From positions 3,136,001 through 3,200,000 of the forward strand of contig OZ242180.1 of the NCBI GenBank assembly GCA_965205485.1: a stretch of 64,000 nucleotides of DNA, read 5' to 3'. Shown here piece by piece: positions 26,680 to 35,657 of the stretch. The translations under genes and the position numbers were made by a program. Source of the stretch: Candidatus Latescibacterota bacterium. Its GTDB lineage: Bacteria; Latescibacterota; UBA2968; GCA-2709665. Positions within the stretch are counted from its first letter, which is position 1. The number at the start of each line of letters is the position of its first letter. The notes beneath the pieces were generated by a model that was given only the letters and a program-made list of their open reading frames with translations, did no database searches and was not told the DNA's origin.

Positions 26680-28917
26680 TTGTTCGCAATGCGCATTCTG
26701 TTGCTGGCGCTTCTGGTCCCGGGCGCAGTCGGGGCCGCCACGCTGAGCGGATTCGTGACCGACGGCACCAGCGGAGAGTCGCTCCCCTACTCGAATGTTG
26801 TTCTGCGAGGGGATGCATCGCCGCTGGGCGCACTGAGCAACGTGGACGGGTATTATGCGATTCAGCACATTCTCCCCGGTGAATATACATTCGTCGTCTC
26901 CTATATCGGGTATCGCAGTTTCGTGGACACCCTCCGATTCTCCGGCGACGAGTTGCGGGAGCTGAATGTGCAGCTGGTTCCCGAACCGATTCTTTCCCGT
27001 GAGATTGTGGTCGAGGGTGACCCGTACGAGGCGGAGCGAAATGTGCAGACGGGCTTTGTCACGCTGGAAACAGAGCAGTTGCAGGAGTTGCCGGCGGTAG
27101 GCGAAACTGATCTTCTCCGGAGCCTTCAGTTGCTGCCCGGTATACAGTCGGCTTCTGACTTCACAAGCGGGCTTTATATCAGGGGTGGAGGACCGGACCA
27201 GACGCTGATCCTGCTGGATCAGATCCCGCTGTACAACCCGACCCACGCATTTGGTTTCTTCTCCACGTTCAATCCCGATGCCATCAAGGATATGAGCCTG
27301 CACAAGGGCGCGTATCCGGCACAGTACGGCGGACGACTGGGGGCCGTTCTGGACGTGCGCAATCGCGACGGCAACCGGAAGGGATTCGAGGGATCCGGCG
27401 GAATCAGCCTGATTTCCGCCCGGATGACGCTGGAGGGACCCGCGGGCAACGGCTCATGGATGGTCTCCGGCCGGCGGACGTACCTGGAACCGGTTCTTTC
27501 CCTGATCAGGGACGAGGATACCGAAGTGCCGTATTATTACTTCTACGATACGAACGCGAAATTCAATCGGGATTTTGGTGATGGCGACAAGCTGATGTTC
27601 AGCGGATACTTCGGACGCGACGACCTGGAACTCGACCTGGATGACGGTAGTTTTTTCAATGTAAGGTGGGGCAATACCGCGTTCACGGGTCGATGGACCC
27701 ACGTGTTTTCCCCAGCGGTCTTCGGCAATCTCGTCCTGTCAGGCAGCAAATATGAAAGCAACACGGAAGTGCGCGTGATCGAGACCCCCATTGAGTTTTC
27801 CAACGGGATCACGGATGTCACGGTCAAGGGGGACCTGGACTTCTTCGCAAGCAGCCGGCATTCCCTGAATTTCGGGTTTATCGGCACGTGGTTCGACTTC
27901 GCGTACAAACAGAGTTTCAACCAGGACGATCAATTGGATATCCGCGAAAAGCCCTTCCTTTTTTCGGCGTACGCGCAGGATCTTTGGCAGCCCCGGCCCG
28001 AGACGAGCGTGAGACTGGGCGCGCGATCGAACTATTTCACCGAAGGAAACAGGCTTCACGTCGAACCCCGATTCGCGCTGAGCCATGGCATCACGCCCGA
28101 GTTGAAACTGAAGTTGGGCGGCGGGTCATACAGACAGTACATCCAGCTGGTGACCACCGAGGTCTTCAGCGGCGGCGACGTCTGGGTGCCTCTCGACGAG
28201 ACCGTGGAGCCCGGCCGTTCCTGGCAGGGGGTGGCTGGCTTCGAGTGGGAACCGTCGAAGCGGTATCAGCTTTCAGTAGAAGGGTACTATACGGACCTTG
28301 CGAATCTTGTGCTTTTCGACAACAACGTTGCCGTCGGATCCGAAGCCGGCACGTCGGAAGACACGTTTGTGAGCGGCGGAACCGGCGTTGCAGGAGGTGT
28401 TGAGTTTTTCTTGCAGAGGCGCACCGGGTCAGTCACCGGATGGATCGGATATACACTGGGATGGACTCGTCGCCGTTTTCAGGAGTTGAACCGGGGAAAG
28501 CGTTTTCCGCCCAAGTACGACAGGCGGCACGATCTTTCTTTTGTGAGCAACTGGCGGGTGGGCAGGTGGACCCTGGGCGCCAATTTGCTGTATGCGACGG
28601 GACAGGCGTTTACTCCGGGGTCGGCGGTCTACAGGCTGCGGCGTCCCACGGAGCCGGAAGCAGGAATCAGGAACTATGCGCTGCCGGCCGACCGGAACAG
28701 CGCGCGGCTGCTGCCGTACCACAGGCTGGACCTGAGCGTCAAACGTCAATTCAGTCTGTTCGGCGTCGACGCGGAGGCGTACCTTCAGGTGTTCAACGTC
28801 TACAGTCGCCGCAACGAATGGTTCATCGAGTTCGAACCGGACGAAATCCATACCGAACCCGAGGTCGTGAAGATGCTGCCGGTCGTGCCGACGCTGGGTA
28901 TAAATTATGCCTTCTGA
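26680..28917 (+). CDS. TonB-dependent receptor with N-terminal carboxypeptidase-regulatory-like domain
   Basis: GGAGGT RBS, signal peptide, LSGFVTD..SGESLP, plug DLLRSLQLLPG...YIRGGGPDQ, YGGRLGAVLD, YDRRH, YHRLD, C-terminal INYAF. Confidence 0.92.
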   Translation: MFAMRILLLALLVPGAVGAATLSGFVTDGTSGESLPYSNVVLRGDASPLGALSNVDGYYAIQHILPGEYTFVVSYIGYRSFVDTLRFSGDELRELNVQLVPEPILSREIVVEGDPYEAERNVQTGFVTLETEQLQELPAVGETDLLRSLQLLPGIQSASDFTSGLYIRGGGPDQTLILLDQIPLYNPTHAFGFFSTFNPDAIKDMSLHKGAYPAQYGGRLGAVLDVRNRDGNRKGFEGSGGISLISARMTLEGPAGNGSWMVSGRRTYLEPVLSLIRDEDTEVPYYYFYDTNAKFNRDFGDGDKLMFSGYFGRDDLELDLDDGSFFNVRWGNTAFTGRWTHVFSPAVFGNLVLSGSKYESNTEVRVIETPIEFSNGITDVTVKGDLDFFASSRHSLNFGFIGTWFDFAYKQSFNQDDQLDIREKPFLFSAYAQDLWQPRPETSVRLGARSNYFTEGNRLHVEPRFALSHGITPELKLKLGGGSYRQYIQLVTTEVFSGGDVWVPLDETVEPGRSWQGVAGFEWEPSKRYQLSVEGYYTDLANLVLFDNNVAVGSEAGTSEDTFVSGGTGVAGGVEFFLQRRTGSVTGWIGYTLGWTRRRFQELNRGKRFPPKYDRRHDLSFVSNWRVGRWTLGANLLYATGQAFTPGSAVYRLRRPTEPEAGIRNYALPADRNSARLLPYHRLDLSVKRQFSLFGVDAEAYLQVFNVYSRRNEWFIEFEPDEIHTEPEVVKMLPVVPTLGINYAF

Positions 28918-28941
28918 AATCGAAACGGGTCTGGTGAAACC

Positions 28942-29871
28942 ATGATATCGCAAAATACGGTCGCGTTGGTATTGACGGCAGCATCCTGCCTCCTGGTCGC
29001 GGCCTGCCAGGCCGAACGGACACCCGAATCGTTGTACGGTCCGGACGCGGCGGGCGAACTCGTACTCGACGGACTGTTGATCGTCGGACGGCCGCTGCCC
29101 CCGGTATTCGTGACGCAGACGGTGGCCGCGGGCGACAGCGGCAGCCCGAGGCACGCCATGGTGTCGGACGCCATCGTGGAACTTCGGCAGGGTGACCGGG
29201 TCTTCCGATATGCGCGGGATCCGGACGCGGGTCCGTTTCAGTATTCGCCCCCGGCCGATCCTCCTTTCGTGGCGCCTGCAACGACGTACGTCATTGAGGT
29301 GGCCTCAAAGGGGAGGACGGCGCGGGCGACGACGGTCACGCCCGGGCCGGTCCGCGTGCGGGAGGCCGTTATTCTGGATCAGAGGACCGAAGCGGTGTTG
29401 CGAAGGCTGAAGACGTTTGCCGATCTGTCGGACGGGGTCTTTCTTGCGCCGGAAAACAGGGTGGTCTTCAAGGCCGGGTTTCTCGAGGCCAGATTCGATC
29501 CGATCGACGTGCCGGGCTATCAGGTCGGCATTGTGAGTCTCGACCGGGGCGCCGACGAGGTCGCACGGGAATTGTCCGAAGACTCACCGGAACGCACGGG
29601 AAGTTCGCCGGCGATCGAGTCCACCGAAGGGAGCGTCAGGCTGCCGTGGTTCGCAATCTACTTCACCGGGCGTCACCTGATGCGGATCTATGCGGTGGAC
29701 AGGAACTGGTTTGACTACGTTCGCTCGGGGCCGGAGGCGCAGGAGGGCTGGTTCGGCGGGCTGGCGGGCGAGAATTTCAGGCGGCCGTTCTTCCACGTGG
29801 AGGGCGGGATCGGTCTCTTCGGCTCTGCATCCGTGGATTCTCTTGGCTTCGTTATCGTCGAGGAACCCTGA
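28942..29871 (+). CDS. DUF4249-like lipoprotein partner of the TonB receptor
   Basis: Lipobox LVAAC; LVLDGLL; C-terminal HVEGGIGLFGSAS. Confidence 0.75.
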   Translation: MISQNTVALVLTAASCLLVAACQAERTPESLYGPDAAGELVLDGLLIVGRPLPPVFVTQTVAAGDSGSPRHAMVSDAIVELRQGDRVFRYARDPDAGPFQYSPPADPPFVAPATTYVIEVASKGRTARATTVTPGPVRVREAVILDQRTEAVLRRLKTFADLSDGVFLAPENRVVFKAGFLEARFDPIDVPGYQVGIVSLDRGADEVARELSEDSPERTGSSPAIESTEGSVRLPWFAIYFTGRHLMRIYAVDRNWFDYVRSGPEAQEGWFGGLAGENFRRPFFHVEGGIGLFGSASVDSLGFVIVEEP

Positions 29872-30092
29872 GCCGTTGTCCTGCTTGTGCTGAGCCTGTC
29901 GAAGCAAGCCTGTCGAAGGGTTTATGAATCGCGGGCATTTCGACATTTCGACAAGCTCAATGCAGGCATGCTCAATGACCACGCAAAATTCAGTTTGATG
30001 GACATCGAAGCGTCGCTGAAAGGAATCCCCTAATCTGCCCTGAGTCGCTCCCTGAGCTGCCACCCTGAGCCTGTCGAAGGGCTGTCGAAGGG
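29866..30092. repeat. Cluster of CTGAGCCTGTCGAAG-type palindromic repeats
   Basis: Copies at 29890, 29907 (partial), 29936-29962 (reverse), 30063-30081, 30082 (partial), plus CCCTGAG stubs. Confidence 0.75.
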
Positions 30093-30189
30093 TCGGCGAA
30101 AGGTCATAGTGGACGTACGACGTGATGAAACCGTGGAAGCGTGTTGATTGCTGAAAAAAATCCGAATTGGAACTCGGATTTCAGTCAGG

Positions 30190-30215
30190 CCCGGCGGATC
30201 TGCCGCCGGGTTTTT
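30190..30215 (+). terminator. Intrinsic terminator between convergent genes
   Basis: CCCGGCGG-atctg-CCGCCGGG-TTTTT. Confidence 0.7.
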
Positions 30216-30216
30216 C

Positions 30217-31989
30217 TTACGGCAGCGGCCGGCCGAACGACCTCGCGAATTCGATGAAATCGGAGAAGTCGACCACGCCGTTTCCGTCCAGATCGTAGGC
30301 CGGGTCGACCGAGCTGAATGCACTCGCCAGGGCGACGAAATCGCCGAAATCGACCCTGCCGTCGCCATTGAAATCAGCCCGGGGATTGGCGTAAACGACG
30401 ACAGGCGTTGGGCGCTCTTCCAGAATTTCCAGCGTCTGATTGGGCTCAATATCCCTAATTGTCTGGACGATTCCACTTGGCCATCGGATTTCGATTGAGT
30501 CAATGGCGGTATTCCTGCCAATGCCAAACGTCGGCCACAGGCTGTTCTGCGAGAAACTGCTGCCCCCGCTTGCGACGTCGCGGATCTGGATCCTGCCGCC
30601 CGCGAAGAGACGGATTCTGGCGCCGATGGCCGACCGGTTGCTTTCCGTACCTTCCAGTTTGAGGCGGATCCAGTTGTTGTCGTCGAACTTTTCCGTAAAC
30701 AGCATCGGATACCCTGTCCGGAAATCCGTTCCGGCATTGGTGACGAAGATATCCACGTGGCCGTCGTCGTTCACGTCGCCGGCCGCGACCCCCACCGCGA
30801 TCGAGTTGGTGCCGGTGCCGTCAATCGTCTTGAGACCGAAGCGCGCCGTGGAATCGGCGAATGCGCCGGCGCCGTCGTTTATCAGAAGGTAGCCCGGATT
30901 GAGATACGCCTCGAGCATCTCGAAGTTGCCCACGAAGTAAAGGTCCTGGTCGCCGTCGTTGTCGAAATCCGTAAAGACCGTGCCCCAGCCGAAGTGCAAT
31001 TCAGCCAGTGTGTTATTCTGTGACACTTTCAGTTCTTCCGCGATGTTCCGGAAGACACCCCCGTCATTGCGGAAGAACCCGTGCAGATCGTACTCCTGGT
31101 GCCCCTTCTTGTCCACAAAGGAACCGCCCACGTTGGTGGCGAAAAAGTCGAAGTCGCCGTCCAGGTCGTAGTCCCCGAACGCGAGCCCCATCCAGCTTCC
31201 GGTGATGCCCAGACCGGCATCCCTGGTGACGTCGGTGAACCTCAGATTGCCGTCGTTCCTGTGCAGCCGGATGGGAGACCATTCCCCCGCCAGCGCGATA
31301 CCCTGGTCGTTGGCGGTGAAAAGGTCCTGGTCCCCGTCGTCGTCGTAATCACAGAAGCGGACGGACCATGTGTACGTCCCCTCGGTGCCGGTTTCGTCGG
31401 TAATGTCCGTAAACGTGAGATCCCCGTTGTTGAGATAGAGTTCTCCCGTGCCCACAATCCGGTTTCTTTCAACGCCGTCCTCGCCCCCCGCGCCGCCCAC
31501 GTAGATATCCACGTACCCGTCGTTGTTCACGTCTGCAAACGCTACGGTCGATGAGAAATAGTTGGAGATGATCCCTGCGCTTTCGGTTATGTCGGTAAAC
31601 GTCCCGTCGCCATTGTTCAGAAAGAGGTAATTGTGCCCGTCCGTCGCCGCGAAGAGGTCCGCGTCGCCGTCATTGTCGATGTCGGCGCTGGCCACGCCGT
31701 GGGTCTCTCGCTCGACAGCGACGCCTGCCTCCCTGGAGACGTCCGTAAATTTGCGGTTCCCCTCGTTCTTGAGCAGGTAGTTGCGAAATCCCTGCCCGTT
31801 TGCGACGTAGATGTCAAGGTCGCCGTCGTTGTCGTAGTCGAACATCGCGGCGCCCGGCAGCCCGCCCATTTCGTCAAACGGACTGACTTCGTGGGGAAAG
31901 TCGTATAGCAATGGCCCCTCGTTCTGCGCTCCCGCGGTGGAACAAAGAACGACGACCCCAACAGACAAAAACAGTAGACGTCTTTTCAT
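30217..31989 (-). CDS. Secreted CRTAC1/ASPIC-UnbV family protein (FG-GAP repeats) with C-terminal dockerin-like double EF-hand
   Basis: Signal peptide; repeated D.DNDGD.D(I/L)YV; NRSAIGARI...FGIG...IRWPSG; tail ADFNGDGRVDFGDF...YDLDGNGVVDFSDFIEFARSFG. Confidence 0.9.
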   Translation of the reverse strand: MKRRLLFLSVGVVVLCSTAGAQNEGPLLYDFPHEVSPFDEMGGLPGAAMFDYDNDGDLDIYVANGQGFRNYLLKNEGNRKFTDVSREAGVAVERETHGVASADIDNDGDADLFAATDGHNYLFLNNGDGTFTDITESAGIISNYFSSTVAFADVNNDGYVDIYVGGAGGEDGVERNRIVGTGELYLNNGDLTFTDITDETGTEGTYTWSVRFCDYDDDGDQDLFTANDQGIALAGEWSPIRLHRNDGNLRFTDVTRDAGLGITGSWMGLAFGDYDLDGDFDFFATNVGGSFVDKKGHQEYDLHGFFRNDGGVFRNIAEELKVSQNNTLAELHFGWGTVFTDFDNDGDQDLYFVGNFEMLEAYLNPGYLLINDGAGAFADSTARFGLKTIDGTGTNSIAVGVAAGDVNDDGHVDIFVTNAGTDFRTGYPMLFTEKFDDNNWIRLKLEGTESNRSAIGARIRLFAGGRIQIRDVASGGSSFSQNSLWPTFGIGRNTAIDSIEIRWPSGIVQTIRDIEPNQTLEILEERPTPVVVYANPRADFNGDGRVDFGDFVALASAFSSVDPAYDLDGNGVVDFSDFIEFARSFGRPLP

Positions 31990-32092
31990 CGGCGATTCCT
32001 CCAGAGAGTCCCCGGCATTTTCCGAAGGGAAATAACGCAGAAACGAGGAGAACTGTCAAGGAAGGTCAAGAAAGTCGGCGGGCGCCGCCGCG

Positions 32093-34084
32093 CTACGCCC
32101 ACCCATGGACGTGGTGGCCCCCGCCGGGAAACCAGATCAGATCGACAATGAAGGAGACGAGAACGCCCGTGGCCCGCCCGACGATGATTCCGAAGAAGAG
32201 GGGCCGGAAATAGCGATACAGTTGCACGCCGCCAACGCGCATGACGATGGCCTTGAACAGCCAAACGATGAGGATGGCGGTGATTTCGTGCAGCAGGCTG
32301 GTCGTCGTCACGATGAATCCAACGGGATGCAGGGGCCACCACGGCAGCCGGTAACGCAGGAGCGTGAAGGCAGCCATCAGGATGCCTCCGAACCCGAACA
32401 ACACCAGACGTTCCCACGAGGCGGGCTCCGGCGATTTGATATTCGCGACAACGGCGTCGTAGAGGCGTGGCGCGTACCTCATGAACGGGTACTCCGTGAA
32501 GTTGAACGCGCCGTACTTGTATCCGAGGTAGAGTACCATCCAGATGTTCAGGGCAAGCGCGGTGAGCAGGCCCCCGAGTACGGCCCAGAACAGGACGCGG
32601 CGGTTGCCTTTCACACGGTCGATGGCCTTTGCGCCCTGGGTCAGCGCCGGCATGAAATACATCCACCGCAGGGCGTGCGACGTGGCCGAGGCGGTAAGGA
32701 CACGCGCGGAGATGGTCTCCGTGCCCAGGATCTGATAGCCCATATCCAGGGGGCTGGTGGGCAGGCCCAGGTACAGCGTGCCGGACTCGCAGACGAACCT
32801 GGCCAGCGCGATGTAGATGATGATCGACGCCGGAACGGTGATCGCCATCAAGGCCAGTTCGATCCCTGCCTGATGCAGCCATGCAACGATGTAGAGGTTG
32901 CCCGCGATGAATCCGATAACGGCCGTGCGGTACGAGAGCATCTCCCGGGAATCGTCCACGCCCGGTTCGTTGAAGAAGGCTTTGCGGAACACGTCCCGGA
33001 GGTGGTGGCGCGCCGCCCAGAATCCCCATCCCACGAAGACGAACAACGCGCCCAGGCATTGCCACTGGACGAGCGGATCGCCCCAACCGCCGCCGGACTG
33101 GTGCATGCGCCCGAACTGGAAGCCGGTCTTGCGGATCAGCGCAATCTCGGACATCAGCAGGAAGTGGAAGAACCAGATCGAGAAGAGGATCTCCAACTTC
33201 ACGAAGTAGCCGAAGCCGATTGTGTACGTATTGATGTGGGTGAGCAGCGGCGGAAAGATCCGGGCGAAATAGAACAGGCCCTTGTTGGGACTCATGCTGA
33301 TGCGCGGCCACGTGGGCTGGAAGTACGAAATCATGTTCCAGGCGATAATGCCGAAGGCGATCCCGAAGCCGATCCAGAACAGTCGGCCCTTGAAATAGTC
33401 CGGCCATTTGTTTCCGCCCGAAGCGTCGTGGACGTCGTCGATGGTTTCCAGAATGGGCGCCAGCAGCGGGTAGTCCAGACGTTCGTATTCGACCCATTGC
33501 TTTCGCAGTATCACCGTGATGCACGCGCAAACGATGAATCCCGCGAGTATGAGCGTGAGCCACCAGAACAGCGGGAGATACCAGACGTTCCAGGGAATCG
33601 CCGCGCCGCCCGGCAGGCCTTCGTAGAGCAGCGTCGTCTGATTGCCGTCGTTGGTTGGAAACAGATAGTCAGGGAGGTGAGGCTGAACATAGTCGATCCA
33701 GCCGTTCTCCGGGGTGCTTCGATAGTACGGCACCGCCATCAGGCCGAGCCAGATGCCGGTGAGGCCCCTGGCGGGAATCATTGCGGCGACGAGGCCCATC
33801 GCAATGATCGTGAGCATTTCCGAGGGGCCCAGACCCGACGAACCCGGCCTCCTGCGAAGGATCAGGTTGATCGTGAGGACGACAACGAACACGGCGAAAA
33901 AGGAAACGGGCAGGTGAGTGATATTGACCGACGACGTATCCGCCGCGGTCCGGGAATAGGTGACCCAGCCGCTGCTGAGAGCCGATACCAGCACGCCGGT
34001 TCCCACCGCGCGGAGCGTGATCCCCCGTTCCCGGTGGTCCGTTTGCGATTCTATGGAGGGTTGTTGCGGTTTTGGGAGTGCCAT
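32093..34084 (-). CDS. Polytopic membrane protein, DUF6785/DUF6784-like (possible OPT-like transporter)
   Basis: Many TM segments; LRKQWVEYERLDYPL, EILFSIWFF, WWPLHPVGF, YRYFRPLFFG. Confidence 0.75.
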   Translation of the reverse strand: MALPKPQQPSIESQTDHRERGITLRAVGTGVLVSALSSGWVTYSRTAADTSSVNITHLPVSFFAVFVVVLTINLILRRRPGSSGLGPSEMLTIIAMGLVAAMIPARGLTGIWLGLMAVPYYRSTPENGWIDYVQPHLPDYLFPTNDGNQTTLLYEGLPGGAAIPWNVWYLPLFWWLTLILAGFIVCACITVILRKQWVEYERLDYPLLAPILETIDDVHDASGGNKWPDYFKGRLFWIGFGIAFGIIAWNMISYFQPTWPRISMSPNKGLFYFARIFPPLLTHINTYTIGFGYFVKLEILFSIWFFHFLLMSEIALIRKTGFQFGRMHQSGGGWGDPLVQWQCLGALFVFVGWGFWAARHHLRDVFRKAFFNEPGVDDSREMLSYRTAVIGFIAGNLYIVAWLHQAGIELALMAITVPASIIIYIALARFVCESGTLYLGLPTSPLDMGYQILGTETISARVLTASATSHALRWMYFMPALTQGAKAIDRVKGNRRVLFWAVLGGLLTALALNIWMVLYLGYKYGAFNFTEYPFMRYAPRLYDAVVANIKSPEPASWERLVLFGFGGILMAAFTLLRYRLPWWPLHPVGFIVTTTSLLHEITAILIVWLFKAIVMRVGGVQLYRYFRPLFFGIIVGRATGVLVSFIVDLIWFPGGGHHVHGWA

Positions 34085-34149
34085 CTGGCGGGATTGTTGT
34101 TAGTTTAAACGGGCGTCCCGAGGACGACGGGTTGGTCTGTGGGGTGCTT

Positions 34150-34178
34150 AAAATATATGGAATAGGTAATTTAGTCAA
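34150..34178 (-). promoter_or_regulatory. Putative sigma70 promoter for the DUF6785-like gene
   Basis: Minus strand TTGACT-N17-TATTTT. Confidence 0.45.
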
Positions 34179-34311
34179 GGAACGCGCCAATGAAGCGGTG
34201 GTCGGAGGCGGCCGGCGAATGGTGAACGCCCGCCGGTGGATCATTTCAGAGTTCGACAGGGCGGGGCGGACATTCCTGTCTGCCCGGTTCGGTTAATTTG
34301 CAACGGGAATG

Positions 34312-34340
34312 TTTACAATTGACCCGGTACAGGGTATATT
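34312..34340 (+). promoter_or_regulatory. Putative sigma70 promoter for the DUF3179 gene
   Basis: TTTACA-N17-TATATT. Confidence 0.5.
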
Positions 34341-34392
34341 GTTTCCAGTCTCGGAATTGCGACACCCTTGCGACACCTGACGGAGGTTCTGA

Positions 34393-35598
34393 ATGAAGCG
34401 ACTGTTTTCGTTTCCCTTGATGCTCGCTGTGTTACTTGCGGCCTGTGGCGGGAACGACGGCGGCGGCAACATAAGCGGTCCAACCGAGGGTACCGGCGGC
34501 GGAGGTTCCGGACCTGTTCCGGGCAGCCGCAGCGAGCACGCGCGCCCTCCGCGTGCCGGCGGCAACTATCTTGCCTCGTTCCCGATTGACGACATCGTGT
34601 CAGGCTGCCCGGGCGCCGATTGCATACCGGCGGTCACCGATCCGGATTTCGTCAGCCCCGGCGCCGCGGGTGCGGGGTATCTGCGAGACGACGACATTGT
34701 CATGGGAATCGTGATCAACGGAGAGCCCAGGGCCTATCCCCACAACATCGGTTGGTGGCATGAAGTCATTAACGACACGGCAGGCAATGAGAGCGTGATC
34801 GTGACGCTCTGTCCGCTGACAGGTACCGGAATGGTATTCAACGGCGTCGCTGCGGACGGCGAACGCATACACGTGGGGGTGTCCGGCCTGTTGTTCAACA
34901 ACAACCTGATCATGTACGACCGGCGGGACAGGCAGTCGCTCTATCCGCAGATGATCTACAAGGCCGTTCTGGGCCCCCGAACGGGCGAGGAACTGGAGTT
35001 GCTGCCTGTGACCGAGTGTACATGGGAATACTGGAAACGGATCCACCCCGATACCAGGGTTATAGACGGAAACTCAACCAGCTACCCCCTCAACCAATAC
35101 ACCGAGTATCCATATATCCAGGGAACCTCGGATTATCGGACGGAAAACGGATATTTCATATTTCCAATTATGGACACAGCCACGTCGGTCCTCTTTGGCG
35201 CCAAGGACCTGGCCATGGGCGTCCGTTTCGGGGAGATGGTCAAGGCCTATCCATTCCAGTCCATGCACCGAGAGGACGTTATCAACGACGTAATCGTGGA
35301 AGGTCCGAAGCAACATCCCATTCTGGTGGTCCACTACAGGGATGCCCAACTGGCCATTCCCTTTTCGCGCGAGATCAGCGTGAACGGCCAGGCGGCCACG
35401 CTCACGTTCGAGAAGGTGAATTCGACCCAGAGCGCCTATCCTTTTATGGTGAAGGACAGCGAGACCGGGACAACGTGGAACCTGAAGGGAGAGGGCGTGG
35501 ACGGGACGCATGAGGGCATGCAGTTGACTCAGTTACCCTCGCACAACGGGTTCTGGTTCGCATGGGGCATCTTCTGGCAGAACATCGGCATTCACTGA
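34393..35598 (+). CDS. DUF3179 domain lipoprotein
   Basis: Lipobox LAAC, Gly-rich linker, DCIPAV.DP.F, RAYP...WHEVIND, CPLTGTG, VSGLLFNNNLIMYDR, FWFAW. Confidence 0.88.
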   Translation: MKRLFSFPLMLAVLLAACGGNDGGGNISGPTEGTGGGGSGPVPGSRSEHARPPRAGGNYLASFPIDDIVSGCPGADCIPAVTDPDFVSPGAAGAGYLRDDDIVMGIVINGEPRAYPHNIGWWHEVINDTAGNESVIVTLCPLTGTGMVFNGVAADGERIHVGVSGLLFNNNLIMYDRRDRQSLYPQMIYKAVLGPRTGEELELLPVTECTWEYWKRIHPDTRVIDGNSTSYPLNQYTEYPYIQGTSDYRTENGYFIFPIMDTATSVLFGAKDLAMGVRFGEMVKAYPFQSMHREDVINDVIVEGPKQHPILVVHYRDAQLAIPFSREISVNGQAATLTFEKVNSTQSAYPFMVKDSETGTTWNLKGEGVDGTHEGMQLTQLPSHNGFWFAWGIFWQNIGIH

Positions 35599-35657
35599 TC
35601 GTCAGCCTGATCGTACACATCATGCCCGAATAGAGCAGTGCCTGGAGGCTTGAAGAG

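Noticed and set aside
31986..33563. 525-aa alternate-frame minus ORF
   Set aside because: Arg/Pro-rich off-frame reading of the DUF6785-like gene.
32105..34108. 667-aa plus-strand ORF
   Set aside because: Antisense shadow of the membrane protein gene; no motifs; expected from GC-rich codon bias.
34393..35598. Selenoprotein form of DUF3179
   Set aside because: No in-frame TGA; Cys codons are present.
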